In this document: piece by piece, positions 12,401 to 25,031 of the stretch
Layout of the letters: every line of letters begins with the position of its first letter
Position numbering within the stretch: the stretch's first letter is position 1
Assembly (NCBI GenBank): GCA_013265495.1
Contig: MU058584.1
Location: 1 to 64,000, forward strand
Direction of reading: 5' to 3'
DNA: 64,000 nt
Source of the DNA: Vicugna vicugna
Lineage: Eukaryota
Translations under genes and position numbers: made by a program
The notes under the pieces: model-generated
What the model was told of the DNA's origin: nothing
Database searches by the model: none
What the model saw: the letters and a program-made list of their open reading frames with translations, nothing else

Positions 12401-14461
12401 CCTGGGCCTAAAGAGGATGTCACTGGAGATGGGGAGAAGATGAACACCTGTCCCAGATAGAGAAGGGAGGGCTGTGTCCAGGTTTCTGGGGCTGGAAATG
12501 CTGTAGATATTTCCAGAGCAGGAGATCAGAGATATTTGGGTCTTTCTGAGGAGTTTGGCAGAGCTGGCACAAGATGGGTGTTAGAAGTTGTAAGACTGAG
12601 GCAAATAGGCTTAAGGGGGTAGGATTCTAAGGGGAAAGGAGGAGGAGGCCTAGGGAATCAACCCTAGATTTGCTGCAGAGTGATGGGATAAGGTAATAGG
12701 GCTCAGGTCTTAGTGGAACATGAAGAGGAGATTTTAGCCTGAGAAAGTTCTGGGGTACTAGGTGCATTAGTGGGCTTTACTTTATGGGCAGAGGTAAACC
12801 TCCTGTAGGTTTGTTAACTAGCTCTGTCACCATCATAGAGTGGGAACTTCAGTGTCATTCCCCATCATGGGGTTTAGTCACTTCACTGAGGGAGTAAGTG
12901 GGTTGGCCTGGATGACCTCTAAGCCCTTCCAAGCCTGACATTCTGAGCATCAGTGACCATCCAACCCCTGGCTCAAGTGGGAGTGCGTAAAAGGAGCAGG
13001 AGTATTCCAGGGGACTTCCGGATTGTAGTTAAAGCCAGAGCATGAAGAAACCTGGAGCTTTCTTGGGGTAGGGGTGGGGGAGCTCCCAGACAGCAAAAAC
13101 AGACACGGAAAAGAGGCCCTCGAGGACTCCACCTCAGATGGCTGGAGTAAGACTCAGAGCAGAGCCAACAGATTTGAGAGCTTTAGCAAAATGGCCCAGC
13201 TGTCCAGCTGCGCTTTGAGCAAAACCCCTATGTCCCTTAGCCAAGCCAAGTAGGGATAGGGGCTGAGTCTGCACCAGGGCCAAACTCATGTAAGAAAAAA
13301 GCCCAAACACAAGTGGATTAGCCACTTTGACATTTGGTTCTACCTACACTGGTATAAATACATTCCACTATTTCACAAGGCATTTATTTCACAGGAAGGC
13401 ACTGAGGCTAATGTTTTCCCAAAAGGCACAGCCAGAAGGCTGATGGTTTCCCAAAAGGTTGCTGGGAATGTGGAGGGATGCAGTAGAAGGAGAATTCAGG
13501 ACGTGGTTTGTTCCAGAATTTGGAGCATGGAACACAGGGACTCCTTTTGTCCTGGAGATGAATGAAGACACTAGATGCATTGTCTCAGACTCCTCCCCCA
13601 CTTCCTGAGGAATGCTGCTTTGCAGATACTGAGGCTGCTTTTGCACTGGCGAAGTGAGTTTCTTGGCAAAAACATGAGGAAATTTGGATGTGTTTTAGAT
13701 ATTTGCCAGGGAGAGTACTGACCGGCTTGCTTGCTTCCTTCTGTCCTTCCCTCCAGCCTCCCTTGCTCACTCTCACTCTCGTGCTGCCTTTCTTTTGGAT
13801 GCAGCGAGGATCAAAATTCGAACAGAGATATACTACAGCAGGCCAATGTAGAAAGGCCACCTCTGGGGCTGGCAAAAATCTGGACTTTACTTCACTCTGA
13901 TACCGAATACCCCCCACCTCTTCCCCAGTATCTCAGATCCCCCAAGCTGCCTGGTTTGCTTCGAGGAAAACTCAGCGATCCTCTGAAAAAAAGGCAGCCC
14001 AAATGACTGCCTCCCTTTGCCAGTGCAGCCAGTCAGGGAGGTCATGTCTGGGATATCGAGGGTGAGGTGGTGAATGAAGCTCTTGGTCTACAGGCCTGAA
14101 CTGGGGATGGTGGTCCTCGCCTTAGGCCTGGTTTGGGCTTTGGTTTTGCAGCAGCACGGGTGGGCCTCATGTTACAGAAGTGCCCTGGCTGATCTCTGTT
14201 CTTTTCGCCCACAGCCAATCTCAATGATGCTGAAGAGGCTGCCAAAGCTGAGGTGAGCCATCCCTGCCACCTGCTTTTTCTTCTCCCTCCTCCCTTCTCC
14301 CCAGCCACCTCTTCTGTTGCCTCCATTCCTCTGACCTCTCCATGGATCTTCATTGCTCCTTTCTGCTTTCCTAGGCTGAGAATACAGTCACCTATTCACT
14401 TCTCTTGCACCCGGAAGTTGCAGAGGAAGAAACAGAGCCAGACTACGAGAATCACCTTTAG
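3436..14461 (+). CDS. FCGR2B: Inhibitory low-affinity IgG Fc receptor IIb (CD32b), multi-exon, 5'-partial
   Basis: Exons 3436-3456 (S2), 3798/3801-4055 (EC1), 8943-9197 (EC2), 9873-9995 (TM), 12192-12248 (C1), 14215-14252 (C2), 14375-14461 (C3). All are AG/GT bounded and phase-compatible. The product has two C2-set Ig domains, a TM segment and the ITIM VTYSLL. The ATG-bearing S1 exon was not found in the window. Confidence 0.96.
3798..4055 (+). CDS. FCGR2B: FCGR2B EC1 Ig-domain exon
   Basis: [27 protein letters not shown]...[23 protein letters not shown]; tandem CAGCAG acceptor (3798 or 3801); donor gtcagt. Confidence 0.95.
4801..8345 (+). pseudogene. PHC1: Processed (intronless) pseudogene of polyhomeotic homolog 1 inside FCGR2B intron
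   Basis: Decayed CDS 5097-7480 with recognisable PHC1 segments: MET.., [51 protein letters not shown]1 (KPQILTH.I.GF...GAEPFP, ~6667-6735), FCS zinc finger (CGKY.PAEQF.GSK.F...C.KRY.VSC, ~6880-6975) and SAM domain ending MSAMN.KLGPAL (~7260-7480). UTR-like flanks, many frameshifts and stops, no introns. Flanked by AAAAGTACA(taata)CAGCAGG 4780-4800 and AAAAGTACACAGCAGG 8346-8361. Confidence 0.93.
8943..9197 (+). CDS. FCGR2B: FCGR2B EC2 Ig-domain exon
   Basis: [36 protein letters not shown]...[10 protein letters not shown]...PVTITVQ; 255 nt, AG/GT. Confidence 0.96.
9873..9995 (+). CDS. FCGR2B: FCGR2B transmembrane exon
   Basis: [41 protein letters not shown]; 123 nt, AG/GT. Confidence 0.93.
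12192..12248 (+). CDS. FCGR2B: FCGR2B C1 exon (19-aa insert of the b1 isoform)
   Basis: ctag|CTCTCCCAGG...GAACCAG|gtgagt, 57 nt, [19 protein letters not shown], similar to the human IIb1 insert ALPGYPECREMGETLPEKP. Confidence 0.9.
14215..14252 (+). CDS. FCGR2B: FCGR2B C2 exon (38 nt)
   Basis: acag|CCAATCTCAATGATGCTGAAGAGGCTGCCAAAGCTGAG|gtgag, [13 protein letters not shown]. Confidence 0.92.
14375..14461 (+). CDS. FCGR2B: FCGR2B terminal C3 exon with ITIM
   Basis: [38 protein letters not shown] at 14387-14404. Confidence 0.95.
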   Translation, partial: AENTVTYSLLLHPEVAEEETEPDYENHL

Positions 14462-14589
14462 TTTTCATTGCCTTGCCTGAGACTTGGGGAAGAGAATTGG
14501 AGAGACCAGGATCTGGTGTCCTTCTTTGGAACTGCCTCTTTTTGTCCTCTTGGAGAAGGCAGCTCCATAAATTCATGTATTACTTTTAT

Positions 14590-14595
14590 AATAAA
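14590..14595 (+). terminator. Candidate FCGR2B polyadenylation signal AATAAA
   Basis: First AATAAA, ~130 nt after the stop codon; another occurs at ~14784. Confidence 0.4.
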
Positions 14596-16611
14596 ATACT
14601 ATACAAACAACATTTCCTTTGCCTTTTAAATTCTGTATTGGTTTGAGGGTAGCCTGGTTTGGGACTGTTTCTTTGCAATGGTAAGATTCTTGGGAAGATA
14701 GTAATGGGTAGGAGGTGGAGGAGAGGAAAGATTTGGAGTATAGCACGAGTGTTCCTCTTCTTAAAACAGAATAGCCTTCTTCCAATAAATCTGTGTACTT
14801 GTTTCCATGTCTTCTTCCCCTTCCTCCCATGGCAAGTAAACAATCACATTGTTTCGCAACACCAGTTCTCTGGAAGCCAAGCTTTAGATAAATCCTCAGC
14901 AGAGACTGCTGACTCTTCCTGCCCTGCTCTTCTGTTATCGTTACCAATAGTTACCAGAAGAATGTGACCTTCTCGGAGAAGCCATCCCCACAAGTTAGAA
15001 ACATGACTGACAGCTTCTTTGGGAGTTTGGTGGGTGCCCTTGGAGAAGCCTTATTTTTTTTTTTTTTCCTAAGACTCTAACACGGCTTCACTGTGCAACA
15101 TTCTTGCATTCAGGATTTAGCAGCTCCCTCTGTTGGGTAATTTCCATAGCTTTCTATAACACTCACATACCAGATTGCACACTCACATATTGCTATTATA
15201 ATAAGGAATAGTAATTGCAATTACTGGATTACTGAGGGCTTACTTTATGCCAGACTATGTGCTTTAGAATTAGAGAGTTTGAGCCATTCACATTTCTTCT
15301 TTTATAATTTTCTTGTTCACATACTCATGCCCATTTTTATAGTAACAGTGTATGTCCCTTTATGAATAAATCACATAGTACAACTTATTTTATTCATATG
15401 TAAATTATTTAACTACACTCATTTTTAAAATAAAAGTAAAATACAGATCAACAACAAAAAAAGATAATTAATGTCATCTATAAATCCACAACCAGAAATA
15501 ATCAATGCTAGCACTTAAAAGATGTCAATTCACAGTCCTATCTGTAACAATATGTGTAAGTATTTGGATTTTTTAATTTGTATCACATTATGTTTTTACT
15601 TGTTCACAAATACACACAGGCAAAAATTCATGCTCATTGTAAGTACACAAGATCAAATAATACAGAAATATAAGGAGGAAAAGTGAGGGTTCCATTTTGT
15701 CCTCACTCCCCAATCCTGTTCCGCTTTCTATGGGTAGCCACTCTTGAACATTTGGTGGTTATTTCTTGATTTTTTTGCAATGCATCTAATACATATTTAT
15801 AGTTTTTTAAAATACCATAAATGGGATCACACTTTACAAATGCTTATGCAGTTGATACTTTGATTATAGTATTTTATGGAGCTCTTTCTGTGGAAGTATT
15901 TTCTTATTAATGATTATATAGTATTCCACAGTACAATGCTATGCTATATTTTATTTAACCAACATGTTAAATATTACCACTTTTTCATTGTTATACACAA
16001 TGCTGCAATGAACAACATTCTTGGATGATGTATTTGACCACATGTGTATTTCTGCAGGATAAATTCCTAGAGGTAAAATCATTGACTCAAAGGGTACTCT
16101 CATATTGTCTTTTTAAGAAGCAATTTACAGTCCTCCCAAAGTATGCTGGAGTACCCATTTCCTGCTCCTCTTTTCAGTGTTGAGCACTTTGAATTTTTAA
16201 TTTTTGCCAATCTGATTATAATGGACTATTTCCTACCCAGTATAAATTTCCCCTAATTCTAGTAATAGAGCCTGATTTCTCTTTGGCTAAATAGCTCTTT
16301 CCCTCCCCTCTCAGTCCATGTGGGAAGGAGGGCTGCCTTCATCTCTGATTCCCGAGGACAACAGGCACCCCAGGCTGGGCCAATCAGGTGCTGTTTCCTT
16401 GGAATTTAAATCTTGAGCAGAGTGACACTATGACTGAAAATAGGTGAAGTTCATTCATCCCAATGGCACTGCTTAGATGAGACCAACCTCAATCTGCCGT
16501 TTCTTATAGCTTCCAGGATCCTTCAACTTCCTCTTATATCAGTTAATTAATTTAGATTTGATAGAATTTTCCTATGATAACTGCTGATATGAAATATGCT
16601 GATACCTTTTT

Positions 16612-16736
16612 CTTTTCTTTTTTTTGGTTGGGGGATAATTAGATTTATTTATTTATTTTAATGGTGGTACTGGAGATTGAACCCAGGACCTCATGCATGA
16701 TAAACACATACTCTACTACTGAGCTATACCCTCCCC
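16612..16736 (-). mobile_element. Camelid Vic-1-type tRNA-derived SINE
   Basis: Reverse complement reads GGGGAGGGTATAGCTCAGTAGTAGAG...GGTCCTGGGTTCAATCTCCAGTACC (A and B boxes) plus an A-rich tail; TSD TGATACCTTTTT at 16600-16611 and 16741-16752. Confidence 0.85.
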
Positions 16737-16979
16737 ACCTTGATACCTTTTTTAGAATAGAACTTTGACAAACTTTTTTTTCCCCTGTCATTATTGGTCT
16801 GATCAGGCTTTTCTATCTCCTTTAGAGTCAATTTTGAAAAAATGTTACCCTCCGAGAAAATCATCCATTTTATTGGTATACAGCTGTACACTGTATTTTC
16901 TTCTATTTTTTGTTAATAATTGCTATGTCTGTATTTATATTCCCCTCTCATACCTAGCTTTTGGGCTTGCTTTCTTTTA

Positions 16980-17340
16980 TCAGGTGACTTCAACTGGAAA
17001 TAACAGGAAATCTGATTCAAATTGGATTAAATGATAAGAAAATGCATTATCTTACACAACAAAAAGTTCAAAGACAGGGCGTCTCCAGTACTCTGGATCC
17101 ACTTTTCTGCAATCCTCTGGGCGTTGCCCTGGGCATAGTAGCGTGGCAACTCCAGCAGTTCTAGGCATCACTCCTGAAGATCTAGAGAAAGAAAGAGGCT
17201 ACCTCTTCTGTGTGTCTCTTAAAAGTGAGAAAACCTTTCTCCAGCAATCTTTCCATTGTACCATATTGGTCAGGACTGCGTCACATGCCACTACTAAATC
17301 AATCACTAGAAAGGGGAATAACTTACTTAACTTAATCATT
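16980..17340. mobile_element. MaLR LTR fragment (MLT1-like)
   Basis: Resembles MLT1J/K-type sequence by recall. Confidence 0.4.
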
Positions 17341-19059
17341 TTGAGGTGCAATAATTTTTGGAGAGTCAACCACCTTAACCATTAAATCTATTTATCTTAA
17401 TCAAGCTTGCCAAAGCTTTGTCTTTTTTTTTTAGTCTTGTCATAACTTTTGACTCAATGATCGAGTCTTTGTCTTTTGTTTGTTTTCTAATATATTATTT
17501 CTTTTTTCTATTGTATTTAGATTTACTGTATTATTCATTTATTTCTACACTTCTGTTTTTAAACAAACTCACAAAAGGCTATCACCTTCTCTCTTATTGC
17601 CATTTTGGGCACATCCTTTAGATTTTGTTATACATATCTGATATTGCTATTTGTTTCTAAATAATCTATAAATTTTGTTTTGTTTTCTTTGTAACTCAAA
17701 GTTTATTTAAAAGACTGTTTCATTTTTTTCGTTTGCTTTATTTCCAAGGTGGGTGAGCACTGTCTTTTTTGTGTTATTTTCCACTTATATTGCACAGTGA
17801 TGTGGCCTGTATGATTTTTCTGCTGTGACTGTTTTAAATGTTAATGTGAAGACAATGCTTTCTTTTGTTTTCAAATAAATTTAAAATTTCTATTAGAGTA
17901 ACACACACGTAATTTGAATTGTATAACAGAATACAAGACATACAATGAGAAATAACTGTTTCTTGCCTCTTTTCTTACATCCCCTCAGTCTTGTTCCCCA
18001 GAACTTCCCTTCATCTGTTTTTTGTATTTAAGCTCCTGTTCCTAGATTTTATATCTTCCTATTTCTTGGCTTACTTTCTTGCTTGGCTGGAGCATGTTTG
18101 CCAGGGTGTCCTGAGAAAGGGCGCCTGGGTAGTATAGCAGCTGCCACTGATTCCCCACCTCATATCCATCACTCAATTCACCTGAGTTCACCTGCATTTG
18201 CTAACTGGTTCAATTTCTCCCGAGAATTAAACTATGGTGAAGAAGAATTAGTCATCTGGAAACACCTACTCCCCCTTGGTATGAGAGAGACCCCCGGAGT
18301 CTAACTTCTCCTTTTACAAATCTTCCAGCTATTCCCTTATGTCAAAATCATTCCCAATCCATATCTTGTCTCATACCTAATTCCTCCAATTGCTGAACTT
18401 TTCTGGGAACTTCTAGGAAAATTTCCTTCTTCTCAGGAGCATTCCCCTCATTTGGGAAATAAAATCAATTCCCTGTAACTCAATTTTCTACAACAGCATG
18501 ACCAAGATTTGTGCTCATCCCAATGTTACTTCATAGATATTAAACAAAATATTGTTAAATGATTGAATACTGAAGAGACATCTTTATATCTCTTTATCTT
18601 AATTAGACTTGTCAAAGGCCTATTTCTTTGGTCTTTTCACAGAATTAACTTTTGGTTTTTTGATCACATCTTTTGTTTGCTTTTTTTCATGTACATTGAA
18701 ATCTCTTCTATATTTGTAATAATTTTTAGTCTTGAATAATATCCCCTTTATTATTTCTAATTTTGCATTTTTCAATACCAAGGAATATGTATAGATTTAA
18801 AGTCACCTATGATATTTGCTCCACTAGACTAGTCTCTTGTTTATTTCTGTGTCCACTGGAATTATATATACCTTCATTTCTTTTTAATTTTTGCTGAAAA
18901 GCACAATTTCATGAGAGTATTTAAATTATACAAGTATTTATATCAGTAAGATTACTTAAATGTCATCAAATATCTTGTAACATGTAGTCCTGTAACTACT
19001 GTTAGTCAAATAAATTAAATACTTCAATTTACAATCACATATCCAATGAAAATCTCTTT

Positions 19060-21650
19060 TAATAGAGCATGCTTTTGGTGTTGAGTCTAAGAATTCTTTG
19101 CTTAGCGTTAGATCCTAAAGACATTTCTCCTGTATTTTTGTAAAAGTTTTATTGTTTTACACTTTATATTTACATCCATGATCCATTTTGAGTTCGTTTT
19201 TTATGAGACTTAAATTGAGGTTCTTTCTTTTGCTATGAATTACTAATTACTCAAGCAACCATTTATTGAAAAAGAAGTCTTTCCTCATTAAATTACTTCT
19301 GCACCTTTGTGCAGAAAAATCTGTTTGGCATATTTGTGTGGGTCTATTTCTGGTTCTCTGTTGTATTCCATCAGTTTATGTGTCTATCCCTCTGCCAATC
19401 AAGTCTTGATTACTGTAGATTTATTCCTCTCACTTTATCCTTTTTCAACATTATTTTTGCTATTCTGGTTCCTTTGTCTTTCCATGTACATTGTAGAATA
19501 AAACTGTTTATATCTACAAAAATATCTTGCTAGGATTTTGACAGGAATTGTGTTAAACCTGTATATTAGTTTCAAGAGAAATGACTTTTTTACCATGTTA
19601 AGTTTTCTAATCCATGATCATAGTATGTCTCTCCATTTATTTAGATTAAAATTTCTTCATCAGTATTGTCAATTTTCAGCATACAAATCCTGTACATGTT
19701 TTGTTAGATTTACACCTGTTATTTCTTTTTAGTGATTTTAAATGGTGTTGCATTTTTAATTTCAGAGTCTATGTGTTCATTGCTAAACATATAGAAATAC
19801 AATTGATTTTTTAACATTTATCTGTGTCCTGCAAACTTGCTGGATATTCACTAATTAGATCTAGGAGCTTTTTTTACTGAGTTCTTCAGATCTTTTACAT
19901 AGACCATCTCATGTACATGTGGGGATACTTTAATTTCTTTCTTCCCAACCTGAAAGCCTTTTTATTTCATTTTCTTGCTTTATTAAACTGGCTAGAACTT
20001 TTAGCACCATGTTGAGTAAGAGTGGTGACAGCATACATCTTTGCCTTGTTCCCTGTCTCATGGGTAAATCATGCAGTCTTTCACTGTTAAGTATGAGGTT
20101 ATCTGTAGTCTCTGGTAAATGCTCTTTATCAAGTTGAGGAAGTTCCTTTCTATTCCTGCCCCACCCCACCCCAGCCTTTTTTTCCTGAGACTTTTTGTCA
20201 TGAATGAGTGTTGATTTTGTCAAGTGCTTTTTTTTGCATTGATTGGCATGATCATCTGATTTTTCTTCTTTAGTTTGTTAATATGGCAGATTACATTGAA
20301 TAATTTTTTAAATACTCAAACATCCTTACATCCTAGGAATAAACCCCACTTGGCCATAGTGCATAATTCTTTTTTATATGTTGTAAAATTCTATTTGCTA
20401 ATATTTTTGTTAATATTTATTAAGAAATTTTCCATTTATATTCATAAGAGCTATTAGTCTTTAATTTTCTTTTTATATATGTGTTAAATCTGTATTTGTT
20501 TAGGGCCAAGGACATCTTGGTTCTAGACCAAAGCCAGGCAAAAAAATACACATTGTTTTCAAGTACCTGTGGAACCAAGATAGTTGTTCCTAGATAATGT
20601 TATAAATTTCCCTCTCAACATTACCTTAACTGTGTCCCATAAGTTTTGATATGTTGTATTTTCATTTTCATTCAGTTCAGTGAATTTTAAAATTTCTCTT
20701 GATACTTTCTTTTTGACCCATGTATTATTTGGAAGAATGTTGTTTAGTTTCCAAGTGTTTAGAAATTTTTCTGTTCTCTTTCTGTTTGATTCCATTCTGT
20801 CTGGAAAACATACTCTTTATGATGTCAATTCTTTCAAATTTGTTGAGTTGTTGTTTTTTTGTTTTTGTTTTGTTTTTGCCTAGGATGTGGTCCAGCTTAG
20901 TATATATTCCATGGATACTTGAAAAGAATGTGTGTTCTGCTGTTACTAGGTGAAGTGTTCTAAAAATATCGATTAGATTCTGTTGGTTGATGGTGTTGTT
21001 GAGTTCTTCTGTATCCTGTTACTTTTCTGTCTAGTTGTTTTATTAATTGTTGAGGGAAGAAGTGTTAAGCTTCCAACTGTAATTATGGATTTGTCAAGTT
21101 CTCCTTCTATTCTATCATTTTGGCTTCACGTATTTTGCAGCTCTATTGTTTGCTACATATAAATGTAGGATCTTTTTGGTAGATTGATGCTTTTATCATT
21201 ATACAATGTCCCTCCCTGTTTCTGGTAATATTCTTTGCTCTGAAGTTTACTTTATCTGATGCTTTTGTGGGTATTGTGGGGCCACAGTTTTCCTGTGATG
21301 TTGCTGGAGTGGAACATTTATTGTCTGAATGTTTTTGGTCATGTTAAGCTGTTCCTTTTCTAGTCCTCTGGCTAGAGAGAGAACAGACTTCTTTCCCTGG
21401 GGTTTTCCTGGAAAAATTCGGAAGGAGAAGCCCTTCTTCATGCTGATTTTTAACTCAAATTTGAGGAAGCAAAAAGAAAACCCAGGGAACACACCACTGT
21501 GTCATTCCTCAGGTCCTAAGGTCTCTAGTTGATCTACTTTCTTCTCCCCAGTGTTTAAGAATCTTATTTTTGTTTTACATATAATGTCCAGGATGTTTAG
21601 TTGTACTTAGCAGGAGAAACAGGGAAAAGTATCTCTTACGTGTATTCCGA
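19060..21650 (-). mobile_element. Old L1 fragments (ORF2 and upstream pieces), antisense
   Basis: Minus-strand translations resemble L1 ORF2 (GTRQRCMLSPLLLNMVLKVLASLIKQENEIK; NTWKLNNILPNNTWVK; NENENTTYQNLWDTVK); T-rich plus strand. Confidence 0.85.
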
Positions 21651-22616
21651 GATGTCTGAAGCTTTATATTTTTAATATGAATACTTAAACTTATATTTTC
21701 TATCAATCATAGAGTTAATCATGGTTTATATTTTCCTCCTGAACTTGTTGAGGGGAAAAGATCCAACCAAACTCTCCATAGGGAAACTCTCTAGAGGGAG
21801 GAATTATGTGTGATTTGTTTCCCCTTTATTTCCTTTTTCTGTGTTTTCTACACTTTCTACAATAAGCATACATCATTATAAATAACATTTGGAAGCTCAG
21901 TGTTCTATGTGATTTGTATTTCTATTATGAAGTAAAACTCTATTCATTTCTACATCTTTTCTACCAGTAACATAGGATTTTATAGGCCTTCTTTTTGCTT
22001 ATAGTACTATCCAATAAAATTGCTGGTTTTAATGTTAAAAATGCAAGTCTTCCTATCTAATAAAAGGAGCCTCAGAAAGAGATGAATGAGATGTCTCCTT
22101 TCTCCTGACTCAAGAGAGGGAGCATTACCTTTCTGCATGATAAAGGTGGCTCAAAGAATCCAGTTTGATAAGATGTTTACCTGAAGACTTTGATAAAATG
22201 TCAGAAGATCTAAAATATTTTACACTTTTGGCTATCTTAATGTAATTGACATATCTGTATTTTTGCACAGAATAAATGCTTGTAAATTTGCTTCATCAAA
22301 TAGGAAGCACTTACAGACATGTTCACTTTCTCAGTCATGTGTGTTGGGGGAAAAAGGCTGTGATTTTGTTAGATAGTCTACTTCAACAAAGAAATTGAGA
22401 GACATTTCAATTCATTAACAAATACATTAATGTGAGGCTGAGAGCGGCAGGTTGTGCTCTGTGCTGACAGGCCCAAATAAAGCAGCAAAGAGAATGGAGA
22501 TAGGGCATCATTTTGGGCTGCAGCAAGAGCCTGTTTGCCTCTGTGATGTACATCCTGCCAGCTCAGAATAACTCTGTTTTGCTGAATGGATCTGCAGAGC
22601 CATCATAAAGAGAGTA

Positions 22617-22621
<5 letters not shown>

Positions 22622-22654
<33 letters not shown>
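22622..22654. repeat. (AC)16 microsatellite
   Basis: Direct read of an uninterrupted AC repeat. Confidence 0.95.
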
Positions 22655-22658
<4 letters not shown>

Positions 22659-24702
22659 AATGTGGCCCAAGTACCTCAAGCAGTTTCAATTTTTCAAGGA
22701 GAAAGAGCCCAGGGCACTATCCTCTATGAAATATTCTTTTATTTGCTGCCAGCAATCAGATTATATAAGGAATAGCTCCAGGGCATTATCTTCCAGGAAT
22801 ATATGTTTTCTTTATGGAAACGAGGCCCACCTGGCAGCCGGGTGAGTTTCCCATACTTCTAGTCTCCTGAGGGTAAGAAACTGGCTTTCTTTCGGAACTG
22901 CTCCCTGGAAGAGAAATTGGGTGAGAGGTCTGGTACATCTGAGAGCTCAGAACATCTCTGTACATGTTTTCTGAATGTGTGTTCTAAAACTTTCACTGTG
23001 AGTGAAACAGGCATCCAAAGAGAGGCATGTCAGTTCATGTCTAGCATGTCTGGAGACATCCAGCTTGAGCAACCTGAAACTGACCTGAGAGTATTCTTTC
23101 TTTTTTTCCTTCTTGTCTTCCCCTTTTCCCTTCCTCCCCTCCTCTCTCCTCTCTCCCTTCCCTCTCTCTCTTCTTCCTCTTCCTTTGTTCCTTCTTTCTC
23201 TTGGAAGAAATATAAAAACAAGCCAAGTCAAGATGTGAGGAGTAACTTTATGTGCTGCAATACATTTGTCAAATCTTAGGAATAAGATAGGTGGCATCAC
23301 TATAGATCCTATAGATATGCAGATACAGGCACTCGGTAGCCACAGCACTGCTATACACAGAAAAGGATTTTAAAAAATTCCATGAAAAACTTTATGCCAA
23401 TAAGTTTGACACTTAGACAAAATGTACAAATACATTGATAGACCAAACTATCCAAGTTTATTCAAGGAGAAATATATATCCTCAATAGTCTTATATCTAT
23501 TGAAGAGATTGAATATATTACCAAAACTTTCCCACATAAAAACTTTTAGGCTTGGAGGGCTTCACTAGTGAATTCTAACAAACATTTAAGAAATATATAA
23601 TATCAATTTTATACAGAGTTTTCCAGAAAATAAGAGGAAAGAACACTTCTCAACTCAGACATCTAGGCAAAGATGTTACAAGAAAAGGAATCTGGAGACC
23701 AGTGTTTCTCATGAACATAGATGCAAAAATATTAAACCAAGTTTTAGCAAACTCAGCAGTATGAAAAAAAAGACAATACATCTTGACTAATGCAAGGTTG
23801 GTTTTATATCCAAAAACCGCTTAACGTATTTCACTGTATTAATACAGTAAAAAAAAGGAACAGATGCAGAAAAAGCATTTGACAAAGTTCAACACCCAGT
23901 AATGATTAAAAAAAAAAAAGCAGGAACAGAAGCAAACTCTTAACCTGATAAAAGGCATATACAAAAACCTGCATCTAACATCATTTACAGTGAAAAACTA
24001 CATGCTTTCTCCCCAAGATCAGAAACAAGGTGACGATGTCTGCTCTCACTACTCTGATTCAACATTGTGCTGACAGTTTTAGCCAGTGAAATAAGGCAAT
24101 AAAAAGCAAACTTTAAAATGCACAGATTGGAAAGGAAGAAATAAAATTGTCCCTATTTGAAAATGACCTACTGGTCTGTATAGAAAATCCCAAGGTATCT
24201 ATATTTTAAAACTCTTATGACTAATAAGTGAGTTCAACAAGGTTACAAGGTCAATATACAAAACTGTTAGTATTTCTATAAACTAATAATGAATAATCAA
24301 AAATTAATTTTTTAAATACCATTTACAATAACATCAATAATATATAACGTACTTAGGGATAAATTTGGTAAAAGATGTGCAAGATATATATACTAAAAAC
24401 TACTAAGAGAAATTCAGGAAGATTTAAATGGAGAGTATGTTGTATTCACGGATTAATCATGGATCAGAAGACAGTATTGTTAGGATGTCAATGCTTTACA
24501 AATTGACCTATGGAATCAAAGTGCTGACAGGGTTTTTTTTAAGAAATTGAGGTGCTGTTTCTAAATTTTATATGGTACTGTAAAAATATTTGCATAGAGA
24601 TGCAAAATTTATATGGAATAGCTTTTGAAAGTTTGAAAAAGAAGAACAAAGTTGAAGAGAATTTAGACATAGGATCACAAATATATGACCAATTTATTTT
24701 TA

Positions 24703-25031
24703 TTTTTCATTTTTTTTAAGAAGTTAGCTTGAAAGTTTTATTGGTTTTCGTTAAACACTTTAAAAATGATTTCCCTTGGTGACATCTGTTGCTTCTGATG
24801 TGAAGTCAAATATTATTCTTTTTTTTTAACATTTTTTATTGATTTATAATCATTTTACAATGTTGTATCAAATTTCAGTGTAGAGCACAATTTTTCAGTT
24901 ATACATGAACATATATATATTCATTGTCGCCTTTTTTTCTCTGTATTTCTCTGTACCATAAGATCTTGTATGTATTTCCCTGTGCGATACAGTATAATCT
25001 TGTTTATCTATTCTACACTTTTGAAATCTGG
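24703..25031 (-). mobile_element. 5'-truncated young L1 with 3'-transduced flank
   Basis: TSD CCAATTTATTTTTA at 24689-24702 and 25032-25045. L1 3' end at 24828-25031, then a poly(A), ~100 nt of non-L1-looking sequence with AATAAA, and a second poly(A). Confidence 0.75.
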
